A stretch of 63,966 bases of DNA, counting the filler, from an uncultured bacterium (GTDB lineage Bacteria > CAYJRR01): the NCBI GenBank assembly GCA_964372275.1. It is 4 parts of 4 records of this genome, joined end to end, with 100 filler letters (N's around TTAATTAATTAA, not from the genome) between each part and the next. Parts side by side here need not be neighbours in the genome. Positions count along the whole stretch, not along the records: positions 1 to 20,544 come from CAYJRR010000082.1; 3 more parts are not named here. The stretch is one strand, 5' to 3'. Of the stretch, positions 1 through 10,393 are shown in pieces. The stretch's first letter is position 1; each line of letters opens with the position of its first letter. The notes under the pieces are model-generated. The model saw nothing but the letters and a program-made list of their open reading frames with translations, was not told where the DNA came from and searched no databases. The position numbers and the translations under genes were made by a program.

Positions 1-2
1 GG

Positions 3-698
3 TTTTCGGCCGCCCTCCCCGCCCGGTTAACCTGCCCTACGGGCGGCGGGGTTGCAACCGCACTCACGGGGGGGGGTGGGGCCGGCGGCAACGGCGGCGC
101 CGGCGGCCGCGGCGGATGGCAGTTCAACAGCGCCGGAACCGACCACCAGACCGCCGGCCGGCCGGGAAGCGCCGTCGCCGAGTCGGTGCTGGAACGGATG
201 ACGATGGGAGGCGGCGGGGGGAGCGGACACCAGGACGGAACGGCGCCGTTCGCATCGGGGGGGAACGGCGGCGGCGTCGTCCTCGTCTTCGCCGCGGAGC
301 TCGAGCTCCGTGGCAGGATCGTTGCGGACGGCGAGGACGTCGTCCTGCCGTCGAACGCCGACGGCGGCTCGGGCGGCGGGGCGGGGGGGACGATCGCGCT
401 CTTCCTCGGTCGATCGACCGCCCCGTTCCAGTCCGGAAGCGGACTTTTTGCGCGTGGCGGCAAGGGCGGGGACACGGCGATCAGCCCGGTCGCGACGGCG
501 CGCGTCGGGCCGGGCGGCGGCGGAGGGGGCGGCCGGATCGTGGTCGTGCTCGGAAGCGACGGCTCCCTCGAAACCGACGTCCGAGGCGGATTCGTCGGCG
601 AATGCAACGACGACCCTTTCAACGCCACCGCAGGCTCGCCCGGGACGGTGGAACAGCGCTCCGACATCGTGTTGGCGGTAACCGGAGCCGTGCCGTGA
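3..698 (+). CDS. Glycine-rich AgmC-like surface protein, C-terminal fragment (5' truncated)
   Basis: Frame of ORF 186..698 is open back to the window start. GGRGGWQ...ERMTMGGGGG...GGNGGGVVLV...GPGGGGGGGRI motifs align with the downstream paralog. Confidence 0.7.
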   Translation, partial: FSAALPARLTCPTGGGVATALTGGGGAGGNGGAGGRGGWQFNSAGTDHQTAGRPGSAVAESVLERMTMGGGGGSGHQDGTAPFASGGNGGGVVLVFAAELELRGRIVADGEDVVLPSNADGGSGGGAGGTIALFLGRSTAPFQSGSGLFARGGKGGDTAISPVATARVGPGGGGGGGRIVVVLGSDGSLETDVRGGFVGECNDDPFNATAGSPGTVEQRSDIVLAVTGAVP

Positions 699-2152
699 AC
701 CGCCTGCGCGAGCCGCTCCTGGGACTGCTCGCGCTCGGCTTCGGCGCCGCCGTCCTCGCGGCGTGCACCCGAGAGGCACCGCCCGGGTTCGAGGAGGAGG
801 CCGACGACGACGACGACGATGACGACGACGGCACGGGGGATGACGACGACGACGACCTCCCACCCGGCGGTCCGTACGGCGACGGCCGGGACGGAGCGCT
901 CGTCCTGTCGTCGACCCTCGAGCCGAACGCCTGCGCCGGTCTCCTGCTGTCGACCAACCTGGGCGTCGTCTTGTCCTCCCCGCTTGCGCTCGCCGCCGGG
1001 GACCGTCTCCTGTTGTGGCAGGTGCAGGCCGGCAACGTGGCGACGGTCGGAGATACCGGCGGTGCCGTCTCCTTCACCGGCCTCGACGTGGGCGGATGGG
1101 AGATCGCGCGCGTGGTCGACGCCGCCGGGGATCGCGTCGACCTCGAGAGCGAGCCGCTCTGGCAGTACGAATCGACCGGCTTGCGGCGGGCGCAGGCCTG
1201 CCGACTTCCCCAGTACACCCGCGTCGAGCTCCAGTCGGGCGGAAGCCTCCGGGCGCGCGCCTGGAACGGAACCTCCGGCGGGATCGTGGCGTTCTATTCG
1301 AGCGGCTCGGTCCTGGTCGCCGCCGGCGGCGAGATCGAGGCGTCGGCGCGCGGCTTCCGCGGCGGGCGGATCAACGACACCAACAACGCCGGCGCGAACG
1401 TGTCGTCGGAGGAACCGGGAACGAGCCTCGCCGGCTACAAAGGGGAGGGGCTCGACGGCTCGTCGTGGAACCGGGTCGGACGCGGAAACATCGCCAACGC
1501 CGGCGGCAGCGGAAACGCGCACGACTCGGGGGGAGGCGGGGGCGGCGGAGGGGGCGCCGGAGGCCGCGGCGGATGGCAGTACTACCTGGTCGGCAACGCG
1601 ACCTACACGCTCAACGGAAACACCGCGGGGCGACGCGGAAGCCCGGTCGCCGCGCCGATCGCGGAGCGACTGACGATGGGCGGCGGTGGCGGGGACGCCT
1701 TCCAGAACGGCGATCCGGCGCTGATGGTCCCCGGCGGGAACGGCGGCGGCGTGGTGCTGATCGTCGCGCCGGCGATCCATCTCGAGGGGGACGTTCTGGC
1801 GGACGGCGGGCACGTCGGGACGTCGACCGACGAGGGCGGATCGGGAGGCGGGGGCGGCGGGACGATCGTCCTGTTCGTCGACGCGGCGAACCTGACCGCC
1901 GAGCCGGGGCCGCACCTGTTCGCGCGCGGCGGGAACGGCGGAAGCGTCGCCGTCTTCGGGTTGAACACCTCGCGACGGGGTCCGGGCGGGGGCGGAGGTG
2001 GAGGCCGGGTCTTCGTGCTCGGCACGGCCGACATCGCCGCCGACCTGATCGCGGTGGACGGCGGCCAACCGGGGACGACCAACCAGGGTTCGTACTGGCA
2101 GGCGACCGCCGGGACGGCCGGCACCCTCGAACGCGGCGGAACGCCACCCTAG
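695..2152 (+). CDS. Glycine-rich lipoprotein resembling the myxobacterial AgmC/adhesin N-terminal domain
   Basis: GTG start overlaps the upstream TGA (GTGA). Lipobox LAAC, then a poly-Asp linker. GRDGAL...GDRLLLWQ...WEIARV...RLPQYT...WNGTSGGIVAF...ASARGFRGG is the pattern I recall for AgmC-like domains. Confidence 0.7.
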   Translation: MNRLREPLLGLLALGFGAAVLAACTREAPPGFEEEADDDDDDDDDGTGDDDDDDLPPGGPYGDGRDGALVLSSTLEPNACAGLLLSTNLGVVLSSPLALAAGDRLLLWQVQAGNVATVGDTGGAVSFTGLDVGGWEIARVVDAAGDRVDLESEPLWQYESTGLRRAQACRLPQYTRVELQSGGSLRARAWNGTSGGIVAFYSSGSVLVAAGGEIEASARGFRGGRINDTNNAGANVSSEEPGTSLAGYKGEGLDGSSWNRVGRGNIANAGGSGNAHDSGGGGGGGGGAGGRGGWQYYLVGNATYTLNGNTAGRRGSPVAAPIAERLTMGGGGGDAFQNGDPALMVPGGNGGGVVLIVAPAIHLEGDVLADGGHVGTSTDEGGSGGGGGGTIVLFVDAANLTAEPGPHLFARGGNGGSVAVFGLNTSRRGPGGGGGGGRVFVLGTADIAADLIAVDGGQPGTTNQGSYWQATAGTAGTLERGGTPP

Positions 2153-2187
2153 GTCACGCCGGTCGCTCGTGTATCCTCGGTGGCGCG

Positions 2188-3105
2188 ATGAGCCTCCCGA
2201 CGAGGGTCCGACTGCGTGAAGTCTCGCCGCGCGACGGCCTGCAGAACGTCACGTTTCCGGTCGCGACCGAGGACAAGGTTCGACTCGTCGACGCGCTTTC
2301 CGGGGTCGGAATCCCCGTGATCGAAGCGGCGGCATTCGTCTCGCCGAAGTGGGTCCCGCAGATGGCCGACGGCGCGCAGGTGATGGCGCGGATCGCGCGC
2401 GCGCCGGGTCGGCGCTACGCCGCTCTGGTGCCGAACCTGAAAGGATACGAAGCGGCGAAGGCGGCGCGCGCCGACGAGATGGTGCTCTTCGTCTCCGCGT
2501 GCGAGGTCTACGCGAAGAAGAACACCAACCAGTCGATCGACGAGGGCCTGGCCGCGCAGCGCCCGGTCGTCGAGGCCGCGGCGAAGGACGGCGTTCCGCT
2601 CTCGGTCGACGTTTCGATGGCGTTCGGCTCCCCCTACGTGGGGGAGATCGATCCGGCGGTGGTGGCCCGCGTCGCTCGGGCGATGGTCGACCTCGGCGTG
2701 CGCGAGGTCTACCTCGCCGACACCACCGGCACCGGGAGTCCGGCTTCGGTCGAGCGGGTGATCGACACGGTGCGTTCGGCGGCGCCGGAGGCGACGATCG
2801 GCCTGCACCTCCACGACACCCGCGGACTGGCGCTGGCCAACGCGCTGGCGGCGCTTCGCCTCGGCGTCGACCGGTTCGACGCGTCGGTCGGCGGGATCGG
2901 CGGCGGCCCCTACGCGGAAGGGGCGACCGGAAACGTGGCCACCGAAGACCTGGTATGGATGCTCTCCTCGATGGGGATCGAGACCGGCGTCGACCTGCCG
3001 AAGCTGCTCGAGGTCGGGACGCTCGTCGAGCGGATCGTAAAACGCCCGCTCGCGTCGAAGCTGATCCACGCCGGCCTCCCCACCGGCTGGAAGCCGCGGG
3101 CGTAG
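2188..3105 (+). CDS. Hydroxymethylglutaryl-CoA lyase family (DRE-TIM metallolyase)
   Basis: REVSPRDGLQN, FVSPKWVPQMAD, HLHDTRG and GNVATEDL motifs. The canonical GGCPY reads GGGPY. Confidence 0.9.
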   Translation: MSLPTRVRLREVSPRDGLQNVTFPVATEDKVRLVDALSGVGIPVIEAAAFVSPKWVPQMADGAQVMARIARAPGRRYAALVPNLKGYEAAKAARADEMVLFVSACEVYAKKNTNQSIDEGLAAQRPVVEAAAKDGVPLSVDVSMAFGSPYVGEIDPAVVARVARAMVDLGVREVYLADTTGTGSPASVERVIDTVRSAAPEATIGLHLHDTRGLALANALAALRLGVDRFDASVGGIGGGPYAEGATGNVATEDLVWMLSSMGIETGVDLPKLLEVGTLVERIVKRPLASKLIHAGLPTGWKPRA

Positions 3106-3115
3106 TTGCGCGGGT

Positions 3116-4735
3116 TTGCGGTCGCGGGATAGCGTTGGTCCTTCCGTGGGCCATCCGAAGACCGAAGCCGATCTGAAGGAGCGCGTCGCCCGGGTCCTTC
3201 AGGGGGGCGAGCCGAAGTACCACGCCAAGAACGCCGAGAGCGGGAAGCTGTTCGCTCGCGAGCGGATCCGGCGGCTGTTCGACGACGGGAGCTTCGTCGA
3301 GGAGGGGCGGTTCGCCAACTCGCTCAAGGGGGGCGCACCGCACGAGCAGGGGGAGGGCGGGCCGTACGGAGGGCTTCCGGCGGACGGGGTCGTCACCGGC
3401 ACCGGCCGCGTCGCCGGCCGGCCGGTGGCGGTGATCGCCAACGACTCGACGATCAAGGCGGGCTCCTGGGGCCCCCTCACCGTGGAGAAGATCCTTCGGC
3501 AGCAGGAGCAGGCGGGTCGGCTGAAGATCCCGATCGTCTACCTGGTCGATTCCGCCGGCGCGCGGATCACCACCCAGGTCGACATGTTCCCCGGGCGGCG
3601 CGGGGCCGGCCGCATCTTCCACAACGAAGTCTCCCTGAGCGGCGTCGTTCCGCAGATCTGCGGTCTGTTCGGACCGTCGGCGGCAGGGGGGGCCTACATC
3701 CCCGCCTTCTGCGACGTGGTGGTGATGGTCGAAGGGAACGCGTCGATGTACCTCGGTTCGCCGCGGATGGCGGAGATGGTGATCGGGGAGAAGACGACGC
3801 TGGAGGATCTGGGGGGTGCGCGGATGCACTGCTCCGTCTCCGGTTGCGGCGACGTGCTGGTCGCGACCGAAGCCGAGGCGATCGCCAAGATCCGGGAGCT
3901 GCTCGCCTACCTTCCGTCGAACGCCGACGGCGATCCGCCGTCGATCGAAGCGCGTGCCCCCGCCCCCGCCGGGCGCGACGCGGCCAAGTCGCTCGAGGAG
4001 CTGATCCCCGACAACGAGAACCGTCCGTTCGACATGCATGCGGTGATCGACCGGATCGTCGACGCCGGCAGCTTCTGGGAGGTGAAGGCGCTCTGGGCGA
4101 AGGAGATCGTCACCGGGTTCGCGCGGCTCGACGGCCGCCCGATCGGGATCGTGGCCAACCAGCCGAAGCACCTGGGCGGCGTGCTGTTCGTCGACAGCGC
4201 CGACAAGGCGACCCGCTTCGTCCAGCTGTGCGATGCCTTCAACGTTCCGCTCCTGTTCCTCGCCGACGTCCCCGGATTCATGATCGGGACCAAAGTCGAG
4301 CGGGAGGGGATCATCCGCGCCGGCGCGAAGATGATCTTCGCCGTCTCCGAGGCGAGCGTGCCGAAGATCAGCGTCGTGGTGCGCAAAGCCTACGGCGCCG
4401 GCCTCTACGCCATGTGCGGGCCCGGTTACGAGCCCGACGCCTGCCTCGCCCTTCCCACCGCGATGATCGCAGTGATGGGGCCCTCGGCGGCGGTGAACGC
4501 CGTCTACTTCAACAAGATCGAGGCCAAGCCGGAGTCGGAGCGCGCGGCCTACGTCGACGCGCTGCGCGCCGAGTACGCCGAGGACGTCGACCTCTACAAG
4601 CTCGCCAGCAAGGCGGTGGTCGACGACGTCGTCGCCCCCTCCGGACTGCGCGAGACGCTCGTCGCGCGGTTCCGCGCCTACGCCACCAAGCGCCGACCGG
4701 CGCCGACGAAGCGCCACGGGGTGATGCCGGTATGA
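3116..4735 (+). CDS. Acyl-CoA carboxylase carboxyltransferase (beta) subunit, methylcrotonyl-CoA carboxylase-like
   Basis: PADGVVTG, DSAGARI, GPSAAGGAY, DVPGFMIG and RKAYGAG motifs; ends KRHGVMPV. Real start may be GTG 3146. Confidence 0.9.
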   Translation: MRSRDSVGPSVGHPKTEADLKERVARVLQGGEPKYHAKNAESGKLFARERIRRLFDDGSFVEEGRFANSLKGGAPHEQGEGGPYGGLPADGVVTGTGRVAGRPVAVIANDSTIKAGSWGPLTVEKILRQQEQAGRLKIPIVYLVDSAGARITTQVDMFPGRRGAGRIFHNEVSLSGVVPQICGLFGPSAAGGAYIPAFCDVVVMVEGNASMYLGSPRMAEMVIGEKTTLEDLGGARMHCSVSGCGDVLVATEAEAIAKIRELLAYLPSNADGDPPSIEARAPAPAGRDAAKSLEELIPDNENRPFDMHAVIDRIVDAGSFWEVKALWAKEIVTGFARLDGRPIGIVANQPKHLGGVLFVDSADKATRFVQLCDAFNVPLLFLADVPGFMIGTKVEREGIIRAGAKMIFAVSEASVPKISVVVRKAYGAGLYAMCGPGYEPDACLALPTAMIAVMGPSAAVNAVYFNKIEAKPESERAAYVDALRAEYAEDVDLYKLASKAVVDDVVAPSGLRETLVARFRAYATKRRPAPTKRHGVMPV

Positions 4736-5604
4736 AGACGTGGGCGACGCTTTTACTTCCCGCTCTCGCCATCGGCGGCGCAGCAACGGCGGCGGCGAAG
4801 CCGAAGCCGGCGAAGTCGGCCCCTTCGCCGCGCCCGTCCCCGGCGATCGCCCTTCCCGCGGAGGCGCCTCCGCCGGAGCCGCCCTCCGCGCGACCGGTCC
4901 TGTTCCGTGGCAAATGCGCCCGCGGATCGGGTCCGTCCGCGTGCCGCATCGTCGCCGTCGGAACGGTGACCGAGGCCGGACTCGAGCCCCTCGCGTGCAA
5001 GCCGGGTGACGAGGCGTCGGTCCGCGCGTCGATCGCGAAGCGCTACTTCGAGGCCGGGACGGTCCTCGACCTCTACGCGCGGGGCGCCCCGGCGGGCTCC
5101 TTCCAGATCGCCGCCGCCGAACCGACGGCCGGCTGCGGCGCCGCGGCGACGGGCGCGCGCGTCGACCTGTCCGGACCGGTCTTCGACTTCGTCGCGCTTC
5201 ATCCGAACGACCCGGTGAAGCTCGGCGCGAGCCGCTTCCCGTCGTCGGTCCAGCCCGACGCGGAGGCGATCGCCGTCGCCGCCTTGGTCACGCCGCAGAG
5301 CACGCTCGCGACGGGCGAGGTCGCGGTGCGCGAGGTTCGACGCCTGCGCGATGCGGACCGGAGCGTGATGGTGGTCGACGCCACCGGCGGAGGCCGGCAG
5401 GTGGTGGTCATCGCCGAAGGGAACGGACCCGCTCCGCGCGACTGGCGGCCGGTCTGGTCGAGTCTGGAGAGGATGCCGGGCGTGCCGCTCGCCCTCGTCG
5501 ACACCTTCGACCTCGGCGCCGACGGCCGGATGGAGATCCTCCTCGAGCGCAGCGATGCAACGGCGTGGTTGCTCCTCCGACGCCACGAACGTGAGTGGCG
5601 GTAG
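4732..5604 (+). CDS. Hypothetical secreted protein
   Basis: ATGA overlap with the upstream stop. Signal peptide MKTWATLLLPALAIGGAATAAA, Pro-rich linker, four Cys. Confidence 0.7.
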   Translation: MKTWATLLLPALAIGGAATAAAKPKPAKSAPSPRPSPAIALPAEAPPPEPPSARPVLFRGKCARGSGPSACRIVAVGTVTEAGLEPLACKPGDEASVRASIAKRYFEAGTVLDLYARGAPAGSFQIAAAEPTAGCGAAATGARVDLSGPVFDFVALHPNDPVKLGASRFPSSVQPDAEAIAVAALVTPQSTLATGEVAVREVRRLRDADRSVMVVDATGGGRQVVVIAEGNGPAPRDWRPVWSSLERMPGVPLALVDTFDLGADGRMEILLERSDATAWLLLRRHEREWR

Positions 5605-5625
5605 AGGGGTTCGGGGAGGCCCCGG
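5601..5625 (+). repeat. REP-like repeat, partial copy (first hairpin only)
   Basis: GTAGAGGGGTTCGGGGAGGCCCCGG matches the first half of the dispersed repeat family. Confidence 0.45.
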
Positions 5626-5774
5626 TCGGGGGACGCGGGCGCGTCGGGCGGGACACGCGCGGGTCGGCGGACCGCCCCCGGCGGCCGTAGAAGTTACACG
5701 GATGGGTTCCCGACGAACCCGCTCGGCGCGCGAATCCATCGATAAATCATGAACGTTCGTGAGGGCTTCCCCTC

Positions 5775-5790
5775 TGGCTTGGAGGTTGCT
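5775..5790 (+). promoter_or_regulatory. Putative sigma-54 (-24/-12) promoter
   Basis: TGGCTTGGAGGTTGCT gives GG-N10-GC. It lies upstream of SD GGAGGA and ATG 5825. Inverted repeats at 5704-5720 and 5747-5762 lie upstream. Confidence 0.5.
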
Positions 5791-5824
5791 TTAACACCCT
5801 CCGAGGCACAGGGAGGAACCGAAG

Positions 5825-6208
5825 ATGCGTGGGGTCGTCGGCATCGGTCGAGTGGCGGTGGTCGGAGGCGCGCTCCTGGCGTCGGCCTGCGGAAATCCGG
5901 GTGACGTCTTCTGCTCGCAGTCGCCCGAGCCGTCGGTGATCGTCAACGTCTTCGACGCGCGCACCGAGCTCCCGGTGTCGGGCGTGATCGTTCTCGGCAT
6001 CAACGCCCAGAAGGAGTACCGCGCCACCTGCATCGACGAGGAGACGCCCTGCGGCAAGTACGCCATCGCCGAGGACGTGCCCGGTTACTTCGACGTCCAG
6101 ATCTCCGTTCGCGGCTACGACGACGAGGCGGTTCGCGTCCACGTGCAGGACGGCGTCTGCCACGTCGAGACCGAAGTCGTCTCGGTCGGGCTGCTCAGCA
6201 ACGAGTGA
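5825..6208 (+). CDS. Hypothetical lipoprotein (small beta-sandwich-like)
   Basis: SD GGAGGA, lipobox LASAC, four further Cys. Confidence 0.75.
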   Translation: MRGVVGIGRVAVVGGALLASACGNPGDVFCSQSPEPSVIVNVFDARTELPVSGVIVLGINAQKEYRATCIDEETPCGKYAIAEDVPGYFDVQISVRGYDDEAVRVHVQDGVCHVETEVVSVGLLSNE

Positions 6209-6250
6209 CGAGGGGCCCGGGGAGGCCCCGAGGAAGCCCGATGGGCGGAC
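6209..6250 (+). repeat. REP-like two-hairpin repeat
   Basis: CGAGGGGCCCGGGGAGGCCCCGAGGAAGCCCGATGGGCGGAC, between convergent genes. Confidence 0.65.
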
Positions 6251-6263
6251 CGTCCGAGACGCG

Positions 6264-8201
6264 TCAGCGATTCGAAGGCGCCCGCGACCGGGCGCCTTCG
6301 CGTTTCAGGTGGACCTGCAACACGGCGATCGCCGCCGGCGTGATCCCCGGGATCCGTGACGCCTGGCCGAGGGTCGACGGCCGCGCCCCCTCCAGCTTCT
6401 GCGTCGCCTCCGCCGACAACCCCGCCAGTCCTCCGTACGAGAAGTGGTCGGGGATCTCCATCTCGTCGAACCGGCGGGCCTTGGCCGCCGCGTCGGCCTC
6501 GCGCGCGAGGTATCCGGCGTACTTGATCCGGATCTCGACCTGCTCCGCGACGCGAGGCGCCGACCGGAGCGAATGGGCGATCCGGGCGTCGACCGGCGCG
6601 AGCGACGCGATCGTGACCTCGGGCCGGCGAAGCAGCTCCTCCAGGGTCGCGCCGCCGGCCGATCCGGCCCCCCCCACCGAGCGCAGGAACGCCTCGGCAG
6701 CCGCAGGTGTAAGGCGCGTGCGTCGCGCGTGCGACTCGAGGTCGTCGATCGCCGCCCACGATTCGCGGAATTGCGCCGCACGCGCCTCGTCGACCAGACC
6801 CAGCTCGATCCCCAGCGGGCGCAGTCGCTCGTCGGCGTTGTCTTCGCGCAGCAGGAGACGGTGCTCGGCGCGCGAGGTGAACATGCGGTACGGCTCGGTC
6901 GTGCCGCGCGTCACCAGGTCGTCGACCAGGACGCCGAGATAGCCTTCGTCGCGGCGCAGGACGACCGGCTCCCGCCCCGCCACCCGGCACGCGGCGTTGA
7001 TTCCGGCGAGGATCCCTTGCGCCGCCGCCTCCTCGTAGCCGCTGGTGCCGTTGATCTGCCCGGCGAAGAACAGCCCTCCGACCCGTCGCGTCTCGAGCGA
7101 AGCCTTGAGCTGCGTCGGCGGCGCGAAGTCGTACTCCACCGCGTAGCCCGGCCTCATCATCTCGACCTGCTCGAGTCCCTCGATCGTGCGCAGGAAGGCG
7201 AGCTGCACGTCGATCGGCATCGAGGTGGACAACCCGTTGGCGTAGATTTCGCCGGTCGGAGCGGCGGGGTTCGCGGCCTCTCCGACGGGCAAGCCCTCCG
7301 GCTCGAGGAAGACCTGATGCCGGTCCTTCTCGGCGAAACGGACCACCTTGTCCTCGATCGACGGACAGTAGCGGGGGCCGACGCCGACGATCTTGCCGGT
7401 GAAGATCGGCGATCGGTCGAGGGAATCGCGGAGGACGCGGTGCGTCCGCTCGTTGGTCCAGGTGATCCAGCACGGGACCTGCGGCAGCGGCGGGGAGATC
7501 TCGTCGAAGGAGAAGGTCGGCGGCGGGCGATCGCCCGGCTGCACGTCGAGCCGCGCGAAGTCGATGGTCCGCGCGTCGAGCCGCGCCGGCGTGCCGGTCT
7601 TCAGGCGGCCGAGAGTGAAGCCGAGCCGGGTGAGCGCCGCCGAGAGACCCGTCGCCGCCGCGTCGCCGGCGCGACCCCCCTCCAGGTTGGAGGTCCCGAC
7701 GTGCATGAGCCCACGGAGGAAGGTCCCGGTGGTGAGCACCACCGTGCGGCCCCGGTAGGTCACCCCCTCCTTGGTCACGACCCCCGCGATGCGGCCGTCG
7801 TCGCCGACGACCAGGTCGTCGACCGTCCCTTGCGTCAGCCGGAGCCGGGGGGTCGCCTCCAGCGTGCGCTTCATGTGGAGGCGGTATCGCAGCTTGTCCG
7901 ACTGGCAACGCGTGCCGCGCACCGCCGGCCCTTTCGACGCATTGAGCCGGCGGAACTGGATCCCGGTGAGGTCGGCCGCGCGGCCCATTTCGCCCCCCAG
8001 CGCGTCGATCTCGCGCACCAGGTGCCCCTTGGCGAGCCCGCCGATCGCCGGATTGCACGACATGTGGGCCACGCGGTCGAGATCGATCGCGAGCAGGAGC
8101 GCGCGGCGCCCCATGCGGGCCGCGGCCAGCGCCGCCTCGCACCCGGCGTGGCCGGCGCCGACCACGACGACGTCGAACGTCTCGGGGTGGACGTAGCTCA
8201 T
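6264..8201 (-). CDS. mnmG: tRNA uridine-5-carboxymethylaminomethyl(34) synthesis enzyme MnmG
   Basis: [70 protein letters not shown]. Confidence 0.97.
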   Translation of the reverse strand: MSYVHPETFDVVVVGAGHAGCEAALAAARMGRRALLLAIDLDRVAHMSCNPAIGGLAKGHLVREIDALGGEMGRAADLTGIQFRRLNASKGPAVRGTRCQSDKLRYRLHMKRTLEATPRLRLTQGTVDDLVVGDDGRIAGVVTKEGVTYRGRTVVLTTGTFLRGLMHVGTSNLEGGRAGDAAATGLSAALTRLGFTLGRLKTGTPARLDARTIDFARLDVQPGDRPPPTFSFDEISPPLPQVPCWITWTNERTHRVLRDSLDRSPIFTGKIVGVGPRYCPSIEDKVVRFAEKDRHQVFLEPEGLPVGEAANPAAPTGEIYANGLSTSMPIDVQLAFLRTIEGLEQVEMMRPGYAVEYDFAPPTQLKASLETRRVGGLFFAGQINGTSGYEEAAAQGILAGINAACRVAGREPVVLRRDEGYLGVLVDDLVTRGTTEPYRMFTSRAEHRLLLREDNADERLRPLGIELGLVDEARAAQFRESWAAIDDLESHARRTRLTPAAAEAFLRSVGGAGSAGGATLEELLRRPEVTIASLAPVDARIAHSLRSAPRVAEQVEIRIKYAGYLAREADAAAKARRFDEMEIPDHFSYGGLAGLSAEATQKLEGARPSTLGQASRIPGITPAAIAVLQVHLKREGARSRAPSNR

Positions 8202-8917
8202 TCGGGAGAGAGCAGCACGACCGGCGCGACCGCGGGAGGGGTCTCCGGAACGGTGAAGGTGTTTCCGTCGACACGGATCACGTTGCCGAGCCCCTCGAGG
8301 AAGGTGTCCGGTCCGTCCAGCTCCTTCACCCGGAGCGCCGGAGTCTTGAAATGCATCGGGAGGATCGCGGTTCGTGGCCGGATCGCCTGCACGACCGCGC
8401 GCGCCTCCGCGCCGCCGAGCGTGTACCCTCCGCCGCCGACCGGGATCATCAGCACGTCGACCCGGCCGAGGCCGGCAATCTGCTCCTTGTCGAGCGGATG
8501 GCCGAGATCGCCCAGGTGCACCAGGCGTCGCCCGGCGACGTCGAGGACGACGATCCCGTTCCGGCCCAGGCGCTTTCCCGAGTCCGCGTCGTGGTACGAG
8601 CGCACCGTCGTGACCCGCACGTCGGCGATCGAGAGGTCGACATCGGACCACTCGCCGTTCTTGGCGATCGCGTGTACCACCTCGGCGCCGCCCGCCGCGG
8701 CCCCCGCCACCTCCACCATCGCCAGGTTCTTGTGGTCCGGATGCTCGTGGGAGACGGTGACCAGGTCGGCCTTCACCACCGGCGGCTTGAACCCGATCCC
8801 GTAGGCGACCGGGTCGAGGAGCACCGTCGCGCCGGCCGGCGTGCGGACCGAGAAGCACGACTGTCCGTGCCAGCTGATCTCCAGCGGCGCGGCGAGGAGC
8901 AGGGCGAGCGCGAGCAT
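8198..8917 (-). CDS. MBL-fold metallo-hydrolase
   Basis: [25 protein letters not shown] and PMHFKT motifs. Start overlaps the upstream TGA (TGATG). Confidence 0.88.
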   Translation of the reverse strand: MLALALLLAAPLEISWHGQSCFSVRTPAGATVLLDPVAYGIGFKPPVVKADLVTVSHEHPDHKNLAMVEVAGAAAGGAEVVHAIAKNGEWSDVDLSIADVRVTTVRSYHDADSGKRLGRNGIVVLDVAGRRLVHLGDLGHPLDKEQIAGLGRVDVLMIPVGGGGYTLGGAEARAVVQAIRPRTAILPMHFKTPALRVKELDGPDTFLEGLGNVIRVDGNTFTVPETPPAVAPVVLLSPE

Positions 8918-9918
8918 CAGAACGGCTCGAACGCCTCGTTCACGTCGACGGCCGAGAGCGCCTCCTCGTCGGCGCCTCCGGGCACGTAGATCCGCGAGCT
9001 GCCGACCACCGCCGCCCCCGTGCCGTGCCGCCGGGTCTGCATCGGGACGAACGTCTCCCAGGCGTCGTCCGCCGGATCGTAGGCTTCGACCTGGTCGAAG
9101 ACGCCGCTCTCGTGATCGGCGTTCCCCTCGCCGCCGAAGACGAACAGCAGCCCGTCGAACGCCGCGACCGCAATCCCGCCCCGCGACGTCGGCATCGGCT
9201 CCAGCGTGGCCCACCCGCCGTCCGGGAACAGCCGATCCAGCCGCGCCACGTGACTCTCGATCGTGCCGTTGCGGCCGCCGACGGCGTAGACGACGCCGTC
9301 GATCGCCGCGGCTCCGAGGTGGTCGCGCGCCTCGGGCAGGTCGGCGAGCTCGGTCCACGCGTCGTCGCTCAGGTCGTAGACGCTCGCATGGGCGACGGCG
9401 GCCCCTTCGCGAAGTCCGCCCACCACGTAGACCTTGTCGTCGATCACCGCGACGCCCGACGCGCCGCGCCCCGTCCCGTTCGGCATCGTGGTCTTGGGGA
9501 TCCAACTGCCGCCCGGCGTGTAGACGTAGACCCTGTCGTCGGCGAGAAAGTCGAGCGTGGTGAGAAATCCCGCGATCACGATCTTTCCGTTCGCCACCGC
9601 CGCGTTCGCGTGGTGCATCGCGTTCGGAAGATCGGGCAGGGTGTCCCAGGTGTCGGTCGACGGGTCGTAGGTCTCGACCGTGGCGACCACCTGCAGATCA
9701 CCGTCGATCCCCCCCAGAACGACCACCTCGCCGTCGAGCGCCACCACCGCCGTCTCCTGCCGCGCCCCGCCCGGCATCGGCGCCAGACCGAACCACTCGC
9801 CGCGCGGCGGATCGGCCCCGCCGTCCTTCCCGGCGCAACCGGAAAAGAGGGCGAGCAGGGCCAGCGTTCCGAATCGCGCGGCGCGCCATTGCTCGTGAAG
9901 GACGAGGAGTCGACACAT
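8917..9918 (-). CDS. Kelch-repeat beta-propeller lipoprotein
   Basis: Six Kelch repeats (e.g. VYVVGG...YD...W). Lipobox-like FSGC. Extended -10 TGgTATCGT sits 7 nt before ATG 9918. Confidence 0.85.
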   Translation of the reverse strand: MCRLLVLHEQWRAARFGTLALLALFSGCAGKDGGADPPRGEWFGLAPMPGGARQETAVVALDGEVVVLGGIDGDLQVVATVETYDPSTDTWDTLPDLPNAMHHANAAVANGKIVIAGFLTTLDFLADDRVYVYTPGGSWIPKTTMPNGTGRGASGVAVIDDKVYVVGGLREGAAVAHASVYDLSDDAWTELADLPEARDHLGAAAIDGVVYAVGGRNGTIESHVARLDRLFPDGGWATLEPMPTSRGGIAVAAFDGLLFVFGGEGNADHESGVFDQVEAYDPADDAWETFVPMQTRRHGTGAAVVGSSRIYVPGGADEEALSAVDVNEAFEPF

Positions 9919-10000
9919 GCGGGCGACGATACCATCGCAGGCAGGGCATTCGCCGTAGTAGGGTCGTGTCTCATCCGTTCGTTCGGTGAGGGAGGGAACG

Positions 10001-10387
10001 ATGTCGAGGCGGCGGCAATGGGTGGCATCGATTCTGGCGGCGGCGGGGCTCGCCGCCTGTGACCGGCAGCCGGTCTGCTCCACCGTCTGCGTCGAGACCT
10101 GCGAGCGGGAGAAGGCGTGCCACGACGACCCCGAGTTCCGCGCGTTCTACGCCCAGTCGAAGAACATCAATCCGAGTGCCTCGCCGATCGGCGCCGACGT
10201 CGACTGCAAGAGCCGGTGCGCCGCCGAATGCTCCGGCAAGGAGGACGCGATCCTGCGCGCCCCCCAGGTCTGCAAGAACCACCTCGAGGATCTGACCTGC
10301 GGGCAGCTCGCCTACTTCCACGTCATGGGGCCGATCAAGGAGGAGGCCTACCAGACGGTGATCGGCAAGGCCTGCGGGGCGAAATGA
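10001..10387 (+). CDS. Small Cys-rich lipoprotein
   Basis: SD GGAGGG, lipobox LAAC, ten further Cys in CxxxCxxxC patterns. Confidence 0.75.
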   Translation: MSRRRQWVASILAAAGLAACDRQPVCSTVCVETCEREKACHDDPEFRAFYAQSKNINPSASPIGADVDCKSRCAAECSGKEDAILRAPQVCKNHLEDLTCGQLAYFHVMGPIKEEAYQTVIGKACGAK

Positions 10388-10393
10388 ACGCCC

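Noticed and set aside
1-70. Odd sequence at the window start as a frameshift or pseudogene
   Set aside because: The frame stays open; poor similarity at a probable contig edge with a G-run is more likely low-quality sequence.
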